From Eledone cirrhosa (taxonomy: Eukaryota): 64,000 bases of DNA. Where the stretch lies: assembly GCA_964016885.1 (NCBI GenBank), contig OZ024746.1, positions 79,174,001-79,238,000 of the forward strand. The letters are read 5' to 3'. The notes under the pieces are model-generated. The model did no database searches and was not told the DNA's origin. It saw only the letters and a list, made by a program, of their open reading frames with translations. Shown here in pieces: positions 58,191 to 64,000 of this stretch; within the stretch, counting starts at the first letter, position 1; each line of letters opens with the position of its first letter. Both the position numbers and the translations under genes were made by a program.

Positions 58191-59214
58191 ATTATTCTCT
58201 TCACATGGTTTAAGGTCTTAACCGGGTATATTCTATCAATTCATATGATCACAGGTAGAAGATATTGGCTATTCCAAGAAGTGCTGACGTCTGTAAAGCA
58301 CTGTTAGGTGTTATATTTATTTAGCTCGTTGATTTATGTTGTCAATTTATTTGGAAATATATCGGTCAGTGTGTTACAAGTGTGACAGTCAACAGCAATG
58401 GAAGTGACATTGATTCGTGGCTTGTTGTCACATTTGTAATACAACATGGCCAGTTTGTGGATGCATAATTCAAGAAAAATATGGTGCAAGACTGAAGGTG
58501 AGGCTGGCAACAATATGATCATATAAGTCCTAATGAATCCTGAATGTGCAGGACTATTGCGTGCCATGCTCCATCGTAAATACAGCAACAGAAGCAATGA
58601 GAATGACAATGCAGGGCAGAAGACCCAGCAGTTAATGTCACGGCAGTAAAAGTCCCCTGAGGGAAAACCGAACTAGTAATGCAGAAAAAGAGTGAGAGAG
58701 GAATGAGCAGTAACGGAACCAGTAAAGACAAGAGGAGGCCCCGCAGGCTAAAGGAGTACGAATGAAGCGAAATATAAAGAGGGAATGAAGTGGTGAGGCA
58801 GTGACTAGGTGCTAGTTGTTCTTGTAGTTGGTTCTGGTATTTATATCAGTGGTGGTGACCATTATGGTGGTAGTGGTTATGTCTAATAGTGGTGGTGACC
58901 ATTATGGTGGTAGTGGTTATCACTAATTGTGGTGGTGATGGTTATAGTGGTGGTGGTAATGGTAATGATGCTGTTAGTGACGGTTATAGTGGTGATGGTT
59001 ATGGTGGTGTTAGTAATGGCTATAGTGGTGGTGATGGTTATGGTGGTGGGGGTAATGGTAGTGGTGGTGGTGAGGGTTATAGTGGTGGTGATCGGTATGG
59101 TGGTGGGGGTAATGGTAGTGGTGGTGGTGAGGGTTATAGTGGTGGTGATGGGTATGGTGTTGGTGGTAATGGTAGTGATGGTGGTGGGGGTTATAGTGTT
59201 GGTAGTAATAGCAT

Positions 59215-60418
59215 TAGTGGTGGTGATGGTTCTGGTGGTGCTGGTGGTAATAGCTATAGTGGTGGTGGGGGTTCTGGTGGTGGTGGTAATAGCTATAGTG
59301 GTGGTGATGGTTGTAGTGGTGGTGGTAATAGCTATAGTGGTGGTGATGGTTGTAGTGGTGGTGGTAATAGCTATAATAGTGGTGATGGTTGTAGTGGTGG
59401 TGGTAATAGGTATAATGGTGGTGATGGTTCTGGTGGTGGTGGTAATAGCTATAGTGGTGGTGATGGTTGTAGTGGTGGTGGTAATAGCTATAGTGGTGGT
59501 GATGGTTGTAGTGGTGGTGGTAATAGCTATAGTGGTGGTGATGGTTGTAGTGGTGGTGGTAATAGCTATAATGGTGGTGATGGTTGTAGTGGTGGTGGTA
59601 ATAGCTATAATGGTGGTGATGGTTGTAGTGGTGGTGGTAATAGCTATAGTGGTGGTGATGGTTCTGGTGGTGGTGGTAATAGCTATAATGGTGGTGATGG
59701 TGGTAATAGCTATAATGGTGGTGATGGTTGTAGTGGTGGTGGTAATAGCTATAGTGGTGGTGATGGTTCTAGTGGTGGTGGTAATAGCTATAGTGGTGGT
59801 GATGGTTGTAGTGGTGGTGGTAATAGCTATAGTGGTGGTGGGGGTTGTAGTGGTGGTGGTAATAGCTATAGTGGTGGTGATGGTTGTAGTGGTGGTGGTA
59901 ATAGCTATAGTGGTGGTGTTGGTTGTAGTGGTGGTGGTAATAGCTATAGTGGTGGTGATGGTTGTAGTGGTGGTGGTAATAGCTATAGTGGTGGTGATGG
60001 TTGTAGTGGTGGTGGTAATAGCTATAGTGGTGGTGATGGTTGTAGTGGTGGTGGTAATAGCTATAGTGGTGGTGATGGTTGTAGTGGTGGTGGTAATAGC
60101 TATAGTGGTGGTGATGGTTGTAGTGGTGGTAGTAATAGCTATAGTGGTGGTGATGGTTGTAGTGGTGGTAGTAATAGCTATAGTGGTGGTGATGGTTGTA
60201 GTGGTGGTGGTAATAGCTATAGTGGTGGTGATGGTTGTAGTGGTGGTAGTAATAGCTATAGTGGTGGTGATGGTTGTAGTGGTGGTGGTAATAGCTATAG
60301 TGGTGGTGATGGTTGTAGTGGTGGTGGTAATAGCTATAGTGGTGGTGATGGTTGTAGTGGTGGTGGTAATAGCTATAGTGGTGGTGATGGTTGTAGTGGT
60401 GGTGGTAATAGCTATAGT
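59215..60418. repeat. 39-bp minisatellite (~30 copies) within NNT low-complexity tract 58845-61090
   Basis: Unit ggtggtgatggttgtagtggtggtggtaatagctatagt. Confidence 0.95.
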
Positions 60419-60485
60419 TGTGTTATATAGCTGTTGTTTGTGATGATGATTGAAGTGAAGATGGCGGTGGTAATGGTTGGTATTG

Positions 60486-60587
60486 ATAATTGTTTCTACT
60501 TTAGGCACAAAGCCAGCAATTATCCAGTGCATTACTGGTACTTTATTTTATCGACCTCGTAAGGATGAAAGGCAAAGTCAACCTCGA
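60486..60587 (-). mobile_element. SINE 3' fragment
   Basis: Same family. Confidence 0.8.
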
Positions 60588-60951
60588 TGGTTGTGCTTTT
60601 CGTGTTAATAGAAATATGGTTGATGGTAGTGGCAGTTGATGAGTTAGTAGTGACTGCTATAGATATGATGGTGATGGACGTGGTGGTGGTTGTAAGTGTA
60701 GTGGTAATTTCCTGGTTCTAAGGGCGCGTAGGTAGTAGTGGCAGTAATGGTGTGTAGTGGAAGTGGTAAGATGGTGTAGATGGTGTAGATGGTATAGATC
60801 CGGGATGCGGCAGTAGAGGTGGTGGTTGGAGTAATGATAACGATGGTGGTGGTAAGAATGGTAGTGATGGTGATAGTGCTGATGATGTGGATGGTGGTTG
60901 TGGTAGACGTGGTGGTGGCGGTGGGAATAGTGATTGCTGTAGTAGTAGTAA

Positions 60952-61008
<57 letters not shown>

Positions 61009-61301
61009 AGGTGTTGATAGTGTAGAGCCTACACCACCACCACCACCACCACTGCTACTGCAGCACTGTCGATGGTGGTGTTGGTGGCAGTTTTTATTGC
61101 ACTTTAGCTGAACTCGACTATAGCGTGTTTCGTGAGCTTTTTTACAGTAATGAATTACACTTGTTCGGGACTCATTTGAATGATAGATCGCCCAATACAC
61201 CCCCCCCCCACACACACATATCAAGACATATACATATACGGAAATTCACGCACGCCTACACACATCTATATATAGATAGAGTATATATATGTATCCATGT
61301 G

Positions 61302-61354
<53 letters not shown>

Positions 61355-61443
61355 AAAAGTGAATATATGTGAATATATGTATATATAAATGTATATATAT
61401 GTATATATATGTATAGATATATATATGTATATATATACATATA

Positions 61444-61492
<49 letters not shown>

Positions 61493-61535
61493 GTTTGCAT
61501 TTATGTATATATATTTATGTATATATATATATGTT

Positions 61536-61635
<100 letters not shown>

Positions 61636-61797
61636 GTTTATATAATATATATATATATATATGTGTGTATATATACAGATGCCCATACTTAAGTTAGAAT
61701 ATATAGATCGTTACTATTTCAGTCTACCAGAATTAAGGTTTCACGTTGCGTATCAACCATGAAATAAAGGGGCAAGACACTTATATATTCACACACA

Positions 61798-61855
<58 letters not shown>

Positions 61856-62436
61856 CACACACATATACTCAGACACCCAGACACACTTACAAATTCACAC
61901 ATATACTCACACACACAAACATACATGCAAAACGCGCAAAAAAACAAACACCCACACAAACACGCGCACACATAAACCCACATCCAGACACATACACGTA
62001 CACACACATTCATGTGGACACACACAGGCACAATCTCAGGCATACGTTCACACACACAAACACAGATATACAAACACATATACATATATAAACACAGTCA
62101 TGCACATACTTGCGCACCCTTCCAGACGCACTAACGCATATACATACACATACCCTAACGCATACGCACACGCACAAACGCATACATATGTTCGTAACCT
62201 CACGAACATCAACGAATGCGCATACACAATTGGACGCCCACATGCACAAATGTACATGTAAATTGTTCACACACACATAAATGTACACAGAACTGCACAC
62301 TCTCAAGCACATACACGTATGCACTTATACACATAGAAATGCACGCATACATGCATAGATAAATAGCTAGCTACCAACATACATACATATACATACACAT
62401 ACATACACGCATATATATACACACACATACAAACAC

Positions 62437-62493
<57 letters not shown>

Positions 62494-62620
62494 AAAGTTT
62501 TATTTAAAATTGTTGGGTTACAACGAGTAAATATTTTATAACTGATATAAAGCACTCAACAAGTTTTGGAGTAGATATACGATATTAAACAAATGGAAAC
62601 TATATTTATAAAACCATATT

Positions 62621-62686
62621 TATTTCATTATACATATTTCAGGGATACCATATTAAAAATATGGTATGCCTTCTTCAGATAAAATA
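62621..62686 (-). ncRNA. Minimal type I hammerhead ribozyme
   Basis: tattttat-CTGAAGA-aggcataccatat..atatggtatccct-GAAA-tatgta-TA-atgaaata. Confidence 0.85.
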
Positions 62687-62750
62687 CAATATATAAGCAG
62701 TTTTATAAATATTTATTTATTTATTTATTTATAAAACTGCTTATATATTG

Positions 62751-62816
62751 TATTTTATCTGAAGAAGGCATGCCATATTTTTAATATGGTATCCCTGAAA
62801 TATGTATAATGAAATA
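62751..62816 (+). ncRNA. Minimal type I hammerhead ribozyme (inverted copy)
   Basis: Reverse complement of 62621-62686. Confidence 0.85.
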
Positions 62817-62863
62817 AATATGGTTTTATAAATATAGTTTCCATTTGTTTAATATCGTATATA

Positions 62864-63795
62864 TCTATATATATAAAACTGTGGTTGTCTGTCTGTCTAT
62901 CGATTTTTGGCACACATCTCCTCTTAGAATCTCTGACGGAATTGCACCGAAATTGCTATACTTATACATTGAGCCCTAGCGAAGACATCGGAAAAAAAAT
63001 ATTTCAAATTGACCCACCCTATGTGACGAAATCGAATATAATGTATCGATTTTTGAGCGTAAGTTATCAGTTATTTCCCTTTGTTCTGTTTACATTGAGC
63101 GTCTTACGTAAAAAATTACGCTGGCTTTCTCAGCGTTTAAAATGACATTAACACAATACACGAACAGTTGTCGAGCCAGCAAAATATTGACCTGCAAAAT
63201 TCATCAGTTCGAACACTAAGCTTCCGTTTTGCTTCATTTCCATTTAAAAGCATTTTAAAACAATATTTTTACTTGAAAACAAGTCTATTTAAAGACTACG
63301 TAAAACAAGCAAATATTTCGTCGTTAGGCGTGCAGACAGACAGTCGTGCAGAGAGGTGATATAGGCGTGCAGACAGACAGTCGTGCAGAGAGGTGATATA
63401 GGCGTGCAGACAGACAGTCGTGCAGAGAGGTGATATAGGCGTGCAGACAGACAGTCGTGCAGAGAGGTGATATAGGCGTGCAGACAGACATAACTGATAA
63501 TTTGGTTACGCTAATGTTTTTCTCTGCGTTGCAGTGTTTACATTTTCGATCTTTGTTAATAAATAACCAGTGCAGTTTCTATCCCCAGCATCCTCTTTTG
63601 TTATAACATTCGGGTTATCGTTATGTTTTCTTAACTTCATAAGGCATATTGTTGGTTGAGGGAATATTAATCAAAAACACCACATGCAAGTCTGCACAGT
63701 AGACACTACAGTTTTTAAGCCAAGAAAGAAACTTAACATTGTAACTTTAACACAGCTACTGAGCGACCCCGAGCAACGCCGGGCTTTACTGCTAG
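62864..63795 (+). mobile_element. Non-autonomous Helitron
   Basis: A|TCtatatatataaaa 5' end; 3' hairpin cccg-agcaacgc-cggg at 63768-63783; CTAG|T end; internal minisatellite. Confidence 0.8.
63325..63490. repeat. 37-bp minisatellite, ~4.5 copies, inside Helitron
   Basis: Unit taggcgtgcagacagacagtcgtgcagagaggtgata. Confidence 0.95.
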
Positions 63796-63923
63796 TATAT
63801 ATATATATTAATAAGAGGAATTCTAACTTTGTCTGATTTACTCGTTTTATTTACAATCCTTTAAAATTTATAATGGTATTATAATGAAATAGTATGATAG
63901 AATATTAAATTCTAAGTGTTAAT

Positions 63924-63962
63924 TGAACAAGTACTTTCCTGCTTTCGCAATCTTCAGGTTCA
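63924..63962 (-). ncRNA. Minimal type I hammerhead ribozyme (family C)
   Basis: tgaac-CTGAAGA-ttgc gaaa gcag-GAAA-gtac-TT-gttca. The host element runs from 63807 to the window end. Confidence 0.85.
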
Positions 63963-64000
63963 TAATATGTGGTGACAGTCAAGTTTGCAATTTTCAACTG

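Larger units (their letters stand above)
62491..62862 (-). mobile_element. Family F fold-back element, hammerhead on both arms, in (TA)n
   Basis: Arms ~62575-62712 and ~62725-62862. Unique tail 62491-62574. Confidence 0.85.

Noticed and set aside
58250-58800. Possible Gypsy integrase C-terminus (RRPRRLKEYE*) followed by a purine tract
   Set aside because: Too short and decayed; no LTR or catalytic motifs seen.
58883-60532. 500+ aa Gly/Ser/Cys-rich, Thr/Ile-rich and Val-rich ORFs
   Set aside because: Three overlapping frames are open because the tract is an NNT-based 39-bp minisatellite. There is no unique domain, signal peptide or synonymous variation pattern.
63325-63490. 37-bp repeats of CRISPR-like length
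   Set aside because: Directly tandem with no spacers; eukaryotic context, inside a Helitron.

Overview
AT-rich, microsatellite-saturated eukaryotic DNA. An octopus/cephalopod origin is inferred from the SINE families and repeat landscape, not proven. No host protein-coding gene can be supported: nearly all ORFs in the track are translations of (TA)n, (CA)n, (TATG)n or NNT repeats. Recognisable elements are: a recent 5'-truncated Penelope-like element (PLE; RT + GIY-YIG ORF at 11222-12859, minus strand; whole element ~7345-13627) with a 694-bp inverted pseudo-LTR; a frameshifted Tx1/L1-type LINE (31321-33965); RTE- and R4/Dong-like LINE remnants; two tRNA-derived SINE families; MITEs; and a non-autonomous Helitron. 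The main observation is about 20 short islands inserted in (TA)n tracts that look like PLE 3' ends. Many carry minimal type-I hammerhead ribozymes and many are fold-back palindromes. Eight otherwise dissimilar families share a covarying 3'-tail hairpin (RCUC-stem-loop-stem'-UU-GAGY) about 45-70 nt from the 3' end, lying just beyond where the inverted arm stops. All folds were paired by eye, and no database searches were run.
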